A DNA stretch of 64,000 nt, from the NCBI GenBank assembly GCA_963841015.1, contig CAWJAX010000003.1, positions 672,001 to 736,000 on the forward strand, read 5' to 3'. The stretch comes from an uncultured Methanoregulaceae archaeon (GTDB lineage Archaea > Halobacteriota > Methanomicrobia > Methanomicrobiales > Methanospirillaceae). Shown piece after piece: positions 53,060-62,102 of the stretch. The notes under the pieces are model-generated. The model worked only from the letters and a program-made list of their open reading frames with translations, searched no databases and had not been told where the DNA came from. A program made the translations under genes and the position numbers. Every line of letters begins with the position of its first letter. Within the stretch, counting starts at the first letter, position 1.

Positions 53060-54177
53060 ATGGATTTAATCGAGGTAACGGAAGGAAAAACTACGTTTTT
53101 TGTCCCGACACAGGATGCAGCGACCCAGTTTCCTCCCGGAACCGCGCCGATCTTTTTTAACCGGAAAATGGAACTGAACCGGGATGCAACAATACTTATG
53201 GTTTCGGTAGTAAAACCATCAGACTACCTTGATGCGATGGGAGCTACCGGAGCCCGGGTATCAGGGTGGCAAATGAGTGTAACATTCCGGTCACGATTAA
53301 CGACCGTGATCCCGAGGGAATCGCCCTGATAGCCCATAATACAAGCCACGCGACACTGCCGATTGAGATTGTACAGCGGGATGCGAGCTCCCTGCTTTCA
53401 GAACGGTCATTTGATGCTGTGGATCTTGACCCGTTTGGAACACCGGCAATGTATATTGATGCAGCAGTGAAGGGTACCCGAAGGTTCCTCTTCATCACTG
53501 CTACGGATACCGCTCCATTATGCGGAGCCCACCTTAAAGCAGGTAAACGCCGCTACTTTGCACAACCTATGAACACGGAGTATCATGAGGAAGTGGGGCT
53601 GAGAATCCTGCTGGGATTTGTTGTCCGTGAAACGGTGAAATACGACCGGGGTGTGGAACCGATATTTTGTTTTGCCCATCAGCATTTTGTCCGGCTCAAC
53701 CTTCGGCTGCTCCGCGGAGCCAGTGCCGCAGATGATTCCATGAAGCGGATCGGATTTATCCTGCAGTGTAAGCAGTGTGCTTATCGCACTGAACAACAGG
53801 GGATGTTTCCGGAGATTGTTTGCTGTCCGCACTGCGATAAAAAACTTACCCCGATTGGTCCGCTCTGGCTTGGCAGTATCCGGCATGATGAAACACTCGT
53901 GCAGATGCGGGAGCAGCTGGATACGATGGAACTCGGCACAAAAAAAGACCTTATGAGACTCATCGATCTCTGCCGGAATGAATTGCCGACATCGAGTTTT
54001 TATGATTATCACCGTCTTACGAAAATTGCGGGCTGTTCACCACCCGATATCACTGCAGTAATTGGCCATATTATTGCTTCAGGATACCCCGCAACAAGGA
54101 CGCATTTCTCTGGTTACGGGATAAAAACAGAAGCACCACTTGCGGTAATTTTTGACGCGATTAGTGTTCGACAATGA
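53060..54177 (+). CDS. trm1: tRNA (guanine-26-N2)-dimethyltransferase, frameshift in a G run near 53257
   Basis: FFN..MELNRD, DAMGATG, DLDPFG, TATD, E.GLRIL, GPLW.G. Confidence 0.92.
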
Positions 54178-55273
54178 TCGTGAGCAGATCACTATCGATC
54201 AATTTGTGGGGCAACCCCACTCTCTGGCCCGGGTGTTTGACAGATTTTCCCCAGACCCGGGCATAACGGAACCGCTGGACGAAGTCACGGTGAAGTTTCG
54301 TGCAGACGTCCGCTACAGTACTTCCTGACCTGACAATGAGTGGTTCTTCCAGATCAGCTTCCCCGCCATGAGGTTTTAAATAAACCCTTATGAAACCGAG
54401 GCAGTCATAGATCGCATCCTTGACTTCCTCCAGATGATACCCCGCAGAAGCTGAAATCATGAGGGGGGGATTGCCGAAACGTTCAGTAATGTCGTGCTCG
54501 ATCTCAAGATACCTCTCCTTGTCGACCAGGTCAACCTTATTTACCGCAATAAATGCTGGTACATAGACGCGGTTCCCCTGTATCGCATCAATCAGGTCAT
54601 CCTGTGTTGCACCGCCACGGACAAGCACGTCCGCATTCATCATCTTGCTCTCGGCCAGGATAGATCGCACTTCCTCAATGTCCAGATTGAGCGTACCGAC
54701 TGCATGAAGACGAATACCCCCATGGGAGGATTTTTTGATAGTGATATCCGGTTTCGGGACATTGATTCGTATGCCGGCATCGTAGAGTTCTTTTAAGAGC
54801 ACATCGAAATGCCGCTCGTTAAATACATCAACAAGGATAATGATGATATCCGCGCCACGGACAACACCTATTACTTCTTTGCCCCGTCCCTTACCCATAG
54901 CAGCCCCGGCGATAAGTCCCGGAATGTCGAGCAGCTGGATCTTTGCTCCCTTATGCTCAAGAGCACCGGGTACAACCGTAAGCGTCGTGAATTCATATGC
55001 GGCAACCGCACTTGCAGTGCCGGTGAGTTTATTGAGAAGGGTACTTTTACCGGTTGAAGGGAAGCCGACAAGGACCGCAGTTGCATCACCGGACTTTTTT
55101 ACCGAATATCCTTCCCCTCCTCCACTGGATTTCATCGCACGGTTGACTGCATCATCACGGAGTCGTGCAATCTTTGCTTTAATCCGCCCGATATGCTTGG
55201 AAGTAGCCTTGTTGTACGGAGTCTTAGTCAGCTCCGCCTCCAGCTCCTGGATCTGTTCTTCAAGACCACTCAT
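54161..55273 (-). CDS. DRG/Rbg1-type OBG-family GTPase with TGS domain
   Basis: NKAT..HIG, GFPSTGKST, YEFTT, DIPG, NKVD; start placed at MSGLEEQ. Confidence 0.93.
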   Translation of the reverse strand: MSGLEEQIQELEAELTKTPYNKATSKHIGRIKAKIARLRDDAVNRAMKSSGGGEGYSVKKSGDATAVLVGFPSTGKSTLLNKLTGTASAVAAYEFTTLTVVPGALEHKGAKIQLLDIPGLIAGAAMGKGRGKEVIGVVRGADIIIILVDVFNERHFDVLLKELYDAGIRINVPKPDITIKKSSHGGIRLHAVGTLNLDIEEVRSILAESKMMNADVLVRGGATQDDLIDAIQGNRVYVPAFIAVNKVDLVDKERYLEIEHDITERFGNPPLMISASAGYHLEEVKDAIYDCLGFIRVYLKPHGGEADLEEPLIVRSGSTVADVCTKLHRDFVQRFRYARVWGKSVKHPGQRVGLPHKLIDSDLLTIIVEH

Positions 55274-55424
55274 TCTTATATTAATCGCAGCACGTCCGAG
55301 ATAAAGGTGTTTATGGCCGGACAAAAAATGCGCGAAAACCTCACCTGACACGTCGTAAAATGCCGGGAATGCCCGACATCAACACGTTTAAGTAAAAATA
55401 TGGACTATGTTATTGAGCAATTGC

Positions 55425-55499
55425 GCTGCTATAGTGTAGTCCGGCCAATCATGCGAGCCTCTCACGCTCGCGACTGGGGTTCGAATCCCCATAGCAGCA
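55425..55499 (+). tRNA. trnE: tRNA-Glu(CTC)
   Basis: GCTGCTA/TAGCAGC acceptor; CGAGC-CT-CTC-AC-GCTCG; GTTCGAATC; TTTAAGTA box upstream. Confidence 0.95.
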
Positions 55500-55662
55500 C
55501 TTTGGACTGATGGTTCTGTTCTCTGATTCTTTAACCTGATAACTACACCCGGAATAAGCACGTAGTATTTGTTGCCCGTACTGTGTTCGTCCTGCGATAC
55601 GATCTCTTTCGTGGGTTGAGGTAAATTTAAACGATAAGACTCAAAGAATCCCGTGGAGCCTG

Positions 55663-56805
55663 TTACCTCATAAGGGGGATCAGCTCATCATAGACCCGGT
55701 ATGTCCCGCCTGAGGACATCTGTGCAATGATTTCCACACGGTCGGTCTCTTTCGATCCCTCGAGAGTGATCTCGGTTACACCCTTCAGGGGCAGGATTAT
55801 CCCCGTTGCAACCGATCCGTCAGGATGGGTGACCTTGATATCCGCACTTTTAATGCTGCCCTCCCCGGCACTTCCTGCGAAAATAACCGAGATCTTTGAA
55901 GTTACCGGGTTTTTCTGGACCTGGAAGTAGAGCTTCTGGCCTGAGGGTATCAACTGCGTTGGCATTGGGACGAGAGCACGGGAGGCCGGGTGTGGTGTCG
56001 TTGTTAAGGTTGGCGGGATTGTCCTGTACGGTGTGGGTGTGATCTCCGCAGCTGGCAGATTGCTGTGGGTGATGAAACCTCCTCCCTCCGTGAGCATCGG
56101 CAGTGCGATGAAATAAACGGCTGCAATAATGGCTATCAGCACAATGCATCCTCCGATAATCCTTGTCTTGGTTACCCGTGATTTTGCCGGTGCCTCCGGC
56201 TTCACCGGAGATAAAAACAGCGCATCATCGACGGTCTCTGATGATACCCGCCTTGGTGGTGCAGAAACCGTGGCCGGTTTTTGTGCCTCACGTTTTATGG
56301 AAGTCGGGGGTTGTGGCTTATGGTAGGATTCCAGAGTCTCATCCTCCCCATATTCCTTCCCATATTGTTCCAGTAATTCATCCGTATCCGGTTCCTGAAT
56401 ATCCTTTTTAAAATGGGGCGGAGTCTCATCCTCATCCGGCACGATGTTTTCTTCATCATTGTCTTCCGGTAATTCATCCGGTTCTGGTTCCGGAATTTCC
56501 ATCTCATCCCGATCAGAGGTCTGATCTTCAACCGGCCCGGTGTTCTCTTCCTCAGAGTCTTCCGGTAAATCATCCGCTTCCGGTACTTCTCCCGGGATAA
56601 CCGGTGCTCCACACAAATCGCAATACTTTACCGGAGCTATGAACTGAGTACCGCATTTGCTGCAGGTTGACAGTTCCGGTATCCGCGTCCCGCAGGTTTT
56701 ACAGAATTTATAGCCGGGCTCGACTGGCCTGTTGCAGGTGGGGCAGGTATGCCTGACCTTTCGTGGTGAGACCGGATTCTGCATTGAACGCAGTTTAGCT
56801 TTCAC
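55663..56805 (-). CDS. Double zinc-ribbon membrane protein with acidic linker and C-terminal beta domain
   Basis: Four CxxC pairs, D/E-rich linker, TM helix, Pro/Thr stalk. Confidence 0.8.
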   Translation of the reverse strand: MKAKLRSMQNPVSPRKVRHTCPTCNRPVEPGYKFCKTCGTRIPELSTCSKCGTQFIAPVKYCDLCGAPVIPGEVPEADDLPEDSEEENTGPVEDQTSDRDEMEIPEPEPDELPEDNDEENIVPDEDETPPHFKKDIQEPDTDELLEQYGKEYGEDETLESYHKPQPPTSIKREAQKPATVSAPPRRVSSETVDDALFLSPVKPEAPAKSRVTKTRIIGGCIVLIAIIAAVYFIALPMLTEGGGFITHSNLPAAEITPTPYRTIPPTLTTTPHPASRALVPMPTQLIPSGQKLYFQVQKNPVTSKISVIFAGSAGEGSIKSADIKVTHPDGSVATGIILPLKGVTEITLEGSKETDRVEIIAQMSSGGTYRVYDELIPLMR

Positions 56806-57047
56806 GTATTAAAAAGGTGGGGCATTCAGCCGGATTTTCCGTGGCATTCTGATACGGTTGCCTCCAGAGAACACCCAAATTCAGGAAAGCCATAGTTGAA
56901 ACTATGGACCTCCCCAAAATGTTCGAGAGTTAAATTCTGTCATTTCTGAATAAAAGTCACAGATCTTAAGATTCTTATTTTTGCGAATGTTTTGTTGAAT
57001 TTTTCCGGATAAGAAACAATATCATACCAGAAATAAAAGGGGAATAC

Positions 57048-57536
57048 ATGAGGTACCCCCTTTTTATCGTTTTACTGGGAGCCGTAATTACTGCCGGTTG
57101 TATCAATACTGTACCCACACAAATTTTTCGTCCAGACGCGACAAAAGCAGAATTTGGGTCTGCCTACTCAGATTCCGAACAGGCAGTCACGGTATTTTCA
57201 GCGCAAAAAACAAAAACATTTACCTCAATTTTTTTCAATGTTTCCACTACAAAAGAAGCAGCATATGGAAATACCTTTGTCATTATTGATGCCCAAATTC
57301 AAAATACTGGTGCTGACAGAATCACGGTAATTCCCCATAGATTCAATATTGTTGATTATGATGGAAACAGATTTGAGAAAGAACCTTACCATGGAAGTGA
57401 ATGGTTGATGGCCGGCGAACTTTTCAAAAATCAATATAAGAAAGGCAAGGTGCTGTTTGAAATTCCGCAAAACTCAAAAGATTTGATTTTATATTATGAC
57501 ATGAATGGCAAATTATTTTCCTGGAAAATCAATTAA
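57048..57536 (+). CDS. DUF4352-like lipoprotein
   Basis: TAGC lipobox; F.IVD..G..F and G.VLFEIP; AT-rich. Confidence 0.72.
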   Translation: MRYPLFIVLLGAVITAGCINTVPTQIFRPDATKAEFGSAYSDSEQAVTVFSAQKTKTFTSIFFNVSTTKEAAYGNTFVIIDAQIQNTGADRITVIPHRFNIVDYDGNRFEKEPYHGSEWLMAGELFKNQYKKGKVLFEIPQNSKDLILYYDMNGKLFSWKIN

Positions 57537-57648
57537 CCCAATTAACACATGGTTTTTGAGAAGATGACTCCTCATACCCCACCCTGAAAAAGATCATGAG
57601 AAAGGCAAATAGTAGAATATTAAAAAATACCTGAAATGGGTTATGCAT

Positions 57649-57837
57649 TCAGTTTGCACGCCATCGCTTCACAACAATATCATCGCCCTTCTTTTTTATC
57701 TCCACTTTGATCTTTCCTTCTTTGTAGTCCGTCTCAAATATCCCCACCTTTTTTGTGTCGATGAGCTGTTGCAGTTTCAGCATATCCTTCCTTGTCATTC
57801 GTTTGAAATCATCCCCTTCAAAACTGACCTTAACCAT
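57649..57837 (-). CDS. 62-aa basic hypothetical protein
   Basis: GGGAGGG RBS before ATG; protein-like composition. Confidence 0.65.
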   Translation of the reverse strand: MVKVSFEGDDFKRMTRKDMLKLQQLIDTKKVGIFETDYKEGKIKVEIKKKGDDIVVKRWRAN

Positions 57838-58002
57838 TTTTTTACCCTCCCTGAAGTGTTGTATTATTCAACGCACGTATCAATGTAGCGCGTTACGTGT
57901 TCTGACCCTTTCATACCGCCCGGATCCTGATTGCCCAGCATTTTCGGCGATTTTAACCGAAGCATTAAATATCGCATCCCTGCTAACCCTATATGAGGAG
58001 TT

Positions 58003-58362
58003 ATGAGCAGGGAAAAGATAAAAGTCCCCGGAAAGGTATACGAGGAGTTAATCGCCCTCCAGCGCGAAATCCATTTCACTCAGAATCATCAGGACACGAT
58101 CAAAAAGGCACAGGATCGGGGTTATATGAACGCTGCAAACTGGATACGCCAGAATGAAAATGCGTATAAGATAGGATTTGCGTGGGGTTTCGAACCATCT
58201 GGCGATGAGCCGAAAGGCACTCTCAAAGAGATTCCCCCAAAGGAAGCTCCGGCACCAAAACGAACAATTTCCCGTCCTCCACCCCCAGCAGGCAAAAAGA
58301 CCCAGAAATCCACCAGCTCAAAAGGCATTATTGCCAGTATTAAAAAAATGTTTGGGAAATAA
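58003..58362 (+). CDS. Hypothetical protein with basic Pro-rich tail
   Basis: TATA-like box and GAGGAG RBS; 119 aa. Confidence 0.75.
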   Translation: MSREKIKVPGKVYEELIALQREIHFTQNHQDTIKKAQDRGYMNAANWIRQNENAYKIGFAWGFEPSGDEPKGTLKEIPPKEAPAPKRTISRPPPPAGKKTQKSTSSKGIIASIKKMFGK

Positions 58363-58428
58363 TTCTGATTTTATCCTTTTTCATGAAAGAACAAAACTAC
58401 TATTCCCTACAATAACGGTGTATATTGT

Positions 58429-58569
58429 ATGCCAACGTGCAGTGAATGTGTAAGTTATGCACCAAAAACCGAAGATCATGGCGATTGCCGCATCAATGGT
58501 GAGACGACTCCCGACCGTGACAGCGAACGATGTCCTTCACGCACTTTTATTCCAAAGCCGGTAAAATAA
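58429..58569 (+). CDS. 46-aa four-Cys microprotein, absent from the ORF track
   Basis: MPTCSECVSYAPKTEDHGDCRINGETTPDRDSERCPSRTFIPKPVK; ends 19 nt before the next gene. Confidence 0.7.
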   Translation: MPTCSECVSYAPKTEDHGDCRINGETTPDRDSERCPSRTFIPKPVK

Positions 58570-58588
58570 TATAAACGGATATCAAACT

Positions 58589-58936
58589 ATGCCACGTGAA
58601 CTTACCGAGAAAGACATAGCAATTCTGAAAAAACTCGCACCGGAATGCGGTGATCTTACCTGTTCCGGGTCCGGGCATATGTTCCATTCCATCCTTCCAC
58701 CGGTTTCCAACCATTTCGCGGAAGATGGTGAAGATTTTATTCGGCGGATCAGCATCCTCTCTGATGAAGAACTTTCCTATATAACCGACATGATCATCAA
58801 AGGAGAGGAGAGCATGGGTTGCCTCCCGGTCGAGGATATCGAAGCGCTCGTCCGTCTTATCGACGACCGGCTCTCTGCGGATATCGCACAAAAAGTTATT
58901 ACAGCCTATGAATCCGGTGGCGAGTGTGAGCATTGA
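58589..58936 (+). CDS. Acidic hypothetical protein with Cys/His residues
   Basis: 115 aa; stop overlaps next start. Confidence 0.78.
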   Translation: MPRELTEKDIAILKKLAPECGDLTCSGSGHMFHSILPPVSNHFAEDGEDFIRRISILSDEELSYITDMIIKGEESMGCLPVEDIEALVRLIDDRLSADIAQKVITAYESGGECEH

Positions 58937-59424
58937 TTTTTCTTTTTCATTACGCCGATATTTCACACCTGGTTACTGAACTTCACGACCCGACCATAAA
59001 AAAACGACGGGCAGCGGCGATGCAACTCGGTAAATCCGGCAAGCTGTCAGCTATTCCACCGCTGATTGAGGCGCTGTCTGACACCCACCCCCAGGTCCGA
59101 TGTGAGAGTGTACAGGCGTTAGGAAAGCTGGGGGATTCATCAGCGGTTAACGGATTGATTGTCTGCCTGGATGACACGGACGTGGAAGTCCGGGCAGCTG
59201 CCATTGCTGCGATCGGAAAGATCAAAGACCGTGATGCCGTTGATCCTCTCATCAGGTGCCTTTCCGACAAGGAAATTATCATCAGGATCGGCGCTGCGGA
59301 AGTGCTGGGGAAATTGGGGGATCGCAGGGCAATAAAACCATTAAAGACACTTGGGCATGACCGATTTTCTGATGTCCGGGAAGCAGCAGCAGAAGCTCTC
59401 CGGAGACTTCAGGTAAGATCCTGA
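58933..59424 (+). CDS. HEAT (PBS lyase-like) repeat protein
   Basis: Repeated VR..A..ALG..GD..AV..LI..L.D. Confidence 0.88.
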   Translation: MIFLFHYADISHLVTELHDPTIKKRRAAAMQLGKSGKLSAIPPLIEALSDTHPQVRCESVQALGKLGDSSAVNGLIVCLDDTDVEVRAAAIAAIGKIKDRDAVDPLIRCLSDKEIIIRIGAAEVLGKLGDRRAIKPLKTLGHDRFSDVREAAAEALRRLQVRS

Positions 59425-59628
59425 TACTGTGTTGCCTGCCTTTCTCAATATTTGGATTATAGCACCACCAGGACCATAAGTAATGGCAGTGTGCAGTCAG
59501 GCAACACCAAAACTGATTACACCTGGTATTCACTTCGCAATCCTCTGTTGTTTAAGAATATCCTGTTGCCACAGCGTGTGGATTTTTATGGCTTCGTGCC
59601 ATACCACTGGTTTAGAGAGGGTGAACCG

Positions 59629-60537
59629 ATTTCTGAAATTATCGAGGCAGAGGATCTGAAAAAAAAATTTGGCGATATCATTGCAGTCGATACTATCAGT
59701 TTCACCGTAAAAAAAGGGGAAGTATTCGGATTTCTCGGTCCTAACGGGGCAGGTAAGACCTCGACCATGAAAATAATTGCGTGCGTCTCCCCAAGGACTT
59801 CAGGAATCCTGCGGGTATTTGGTATGGACCCGGAGACACATCCTGCAGAAATCAAACATCGGCTCGGGGTTGTGCCGCAGGAAACAAATCTCGATCCGGA
59901 TTTTACCTGCTTTGGGAATCTGTTTACCTACTCACGGTACTTTGACATTCCACCCGACATTGCACGTCAGAGAGCTGAGGAGCTTTTAGAATTTGTCCAG
60001 TTACAGGAAAAAAAGGACGTTACCGTAGAGAAACTTTCCGGGGGAATGAAGCGTCGGTTAATCCTTGCACGAGCTCTCGTTAATAATCCGGATTTGCTTA
60101 TTCTCGATGAGCCTACAATCGGGCTTGACCCCCAGGCACGACATTTGATCTGGGAGAGGCTCAAAATGCTTCAGGCACAGGGTAACACGATCGTACTTAC
60201 GACGCACTACCTCGAAGAAGCGGCCCGGCTTTGCGACAGACTCGTAATCATGGATAATGGTAAAATCCTTGTTGAAGGATCACCCACAGACCTTGTGAAG
60301 CAGTATGTCGGCAAAGAGATCGTAGAAGTAGAGAAGACAGAAGAAGTGCTTTCCTGTCTTGCTGAAAAAAACATCTCCTTTGAACTGATTGGTGACACGG
60401 TGCAGATCGCGACCGGATCATCCCGCGAAATCATTCGCACCCTGTTCGATAACTGCTCTCCTCAGAAAGTCCTGACCCGGCCTGCAACACTCGAAGATGT
60501 ATTCCTGAAACTGACAGGCAGGAAGCTGAGGGAGTAA
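59629..60537 (+). CDS. ABC exporter ATP-binding protein (NodI/DrrA-like); start uncertain, possibly ATT at 59629
   Basis: GPNGAGKT, LSGGMKRR, LDEPTIGLDP, TTHY, LEDVFLKLTG. Confidence 0.9.
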   Translation: MSEIIEAEDLKKKFGDIIAVDTISFTVKKGEVFGFLGPNGAGKTSTMKIIACVSPRTSGILRVFGMDPETHPAEIKHRLGVVPQETNLDPDFTCFGNLFTYSRYFDIPPDIARQRAEELLEFVQLQEKKDVTVEKLSGGMKRRLILARALVNNPDLLILDEPTIGLDPQARHLIWERLKMLQAQGNTIVLTTHYLEEAARLCDRLVIMDNGKILVEGSPTDLVKQYVGKEIVEVEKTEEVLSCLAEKNISFELIGDTVQIATGSSREIIRTLFDNCSPQKVLTRPATLEDVFLKLTGRKLRE

Positions 60538-60538
60538 T

Positions 60539-61324
60539 ATGTACCGCTTCTGGTCAATCCCTCCTGTAACACGACGTGCGTTGAAGGTCTGGCACCGAAA
60601 CCTCGTGGTCTTTTTCAGGACCTGGAAAGTAAACTTTTTCCCCCCGTTGATCGAAGCATTCCTGTACCTGTTTGCCATAGGCATGGGAATCGGCAGTTAT
60701 GTGAAGGAGATCGACGGCATACCGTATATAAACTTCATCGCACCGGCAATCCTTGCTATCTCGGTCATGAACTCAGCATTTTTTGAGTGCACCTACGGAT
60801 CCTATGTCAGGATGTATTACCAGAAGAGTTTCGATGCTATGATCGCTACTCCATTATCGATCGACGATGTGATTGCGGGAGAACTTCTCTGGGGAGCAAC
60901 CCGGAGCCTGTTGTATGTAATTATTATGCTTCCGGTCTTTGTTGTGTTTGGCGTCATCTCATTTCCAACATCACTGCTTGCAATCCCGCTTGCATTTCTG
61001 GGGGGACTCATGTTTGCCGGTATCGCGATGTGTTTTACTGCGATAACTCCCAGTATCGATACCCTGAACTATCCCTCATTCCTTTTTATTACCCCGATGA
61101 CCCTTTTCTCAGGTACGTTCTTCCCCCTGACCCTGCTGCCAATACTTTTCCAGTATATTGCACTTATACTGCTTCCGCTCACCCACCTTGTTGCCATTAT
61201 GCGGATGCTCACATTGCCTGATCTTACCGGGATGGCGGTGCTCAATCTGGTATATATGATCGTGGTGACTGCAATCTTCTGTATTGTTGGCATCAACCTG
61301 ATGCGGAGACGCCTGATAGTATAA
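60539..61324 (+). CDS. ABC-2 type permease (NodJ-like)
   Basis: Six TM segments; YINFIAP, FSGTFFP, PLTH. Confidence 0.9.
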   Translation: MYRFWSIPPVTRRALKVWHRNLVVFFRTWKVNFFPPLIEAFLYLFAIGMGIGSYVKEIDGIPYINFIAPAILAISVMNSAFFECTYGSYVRMYYQKSFDAMIATPLSIDDVIAGELLWGATRSLLYVIIMLPVFVVFGVISFPTSLLAIPLAFLGGLMFAGIAMCFTAITPSIDTLNYPSFLFITPMTLFSGTFFPLTLLPILFQYIALILLPLTHLVAIMRMLTLPDLTGMAVLNLVYMIVVTAIFCIVGINLMRRRLIV

Positions 61325-61377
61325 CAGATGAACCTTTAATAAAACTGATTCACCCTGATTTTTTATTGCGAAAAAGT

Positions 61378-61932
61378 CTAATCCTTTCGCACAATTTTAA
61401 GAACATACAGGATCTCGTCCTCAACATTTCTCCTGAGAACAATTTCTGAAACAAACCCCGCCTTAAAAAAAAGATCCCGTACTTCAGGCAACCCGGTAAG
61501 CGATGATATCAGCAATAAAATTCTCCCGCCCGGTGCTAAAACGCGATCGACAGCTGCAGAAAAACGTTCAATCACGACACGTCCGTTCAGTCCCCCATCG
61601 AGTGCATGCTCAAGCCAGTCGTCAATCCGCTCCTCCGGTTGTGTGGGAAGGTAGGGAGGATTGAACACGATAAAATCAAAGCTGCTCCGGATCCCACAGA
61701 ACAGATCGCTTTGCACCACATCAACACCCCTTTTTCTGGCACAGAGAACCGCATGCGGGTTGATATCGGTTGCAACTACCCCGGTAACCTTTGCCAGTTC
61801 AGCAGCAATCAGCCCTGATCCTGTACCGATTTCAAGAACGTGGTCGCCTGCCTTTACCTCCTCCCGTGCTGCATCCAGCAGGAGGTAGGTGTCAGCTTCG
61901 GGTTTATAGACCTGGGACGGATCGTGAGGCAT
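61378..61932 (-). CDS. HemK2/MTQ2 family protein-glutamine methyltransferase
   Basis: VYKPEADTYLL, LEIGTGSG, NPPY, GG.NGR. Confidence 0.9.
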   Translation of the reverse strand: MPHDPSQVYKPEADTYLLLDAAREEVKAGDHVLEIGTGSGLIAAELAKVTGVVATDINPHAVLCARKRGVDVVQSDLFCGIRSSFDFIVFNPPYLPTQPEERIDDWLEHALDGGLNGRVVIERFSAAVDRVLAPGGRILLLISSLTGLPEVRDLFFKAGFVSEIVLRRNVEDEILYVLKIVRKD

Positions 61933-62102
61933 TATGGAACTCGCAGGATAGTATAGGTGTTCTGCCTTCAAATCTTTTTGAGATATCTGCAATGACGCTT
62001 CCGATTGATAAACTCACCGGCAGTTTATACCGCGGAATGTCATCACTTTAAACTTATAAGGACCGATGACTATGAGGAGTCGTCAGCGAACGAAAAAGAC
62101 GT

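Noticed and set aside
482-54177. About ten split genes (DUF92, cbiQ, kinase, zinc-ribbon protein, moaC, nnr twice, pyrB, DUF116, trm1) as programmed frameshifting or genome decay
   Set aside because: Each is repaired by one base, several in homopolymers; no shared slippery motif; housekeeping genes are affected. Best explained by long-read consensus error, checkable by polishing
61940-62100. Fluoride riboswitch, TPP riboswitch or hammerhead ribozyme upstream of the ThiC paralog
   Set aside because: Only fragments resemble the consensus; required core motifs and pairings are missing
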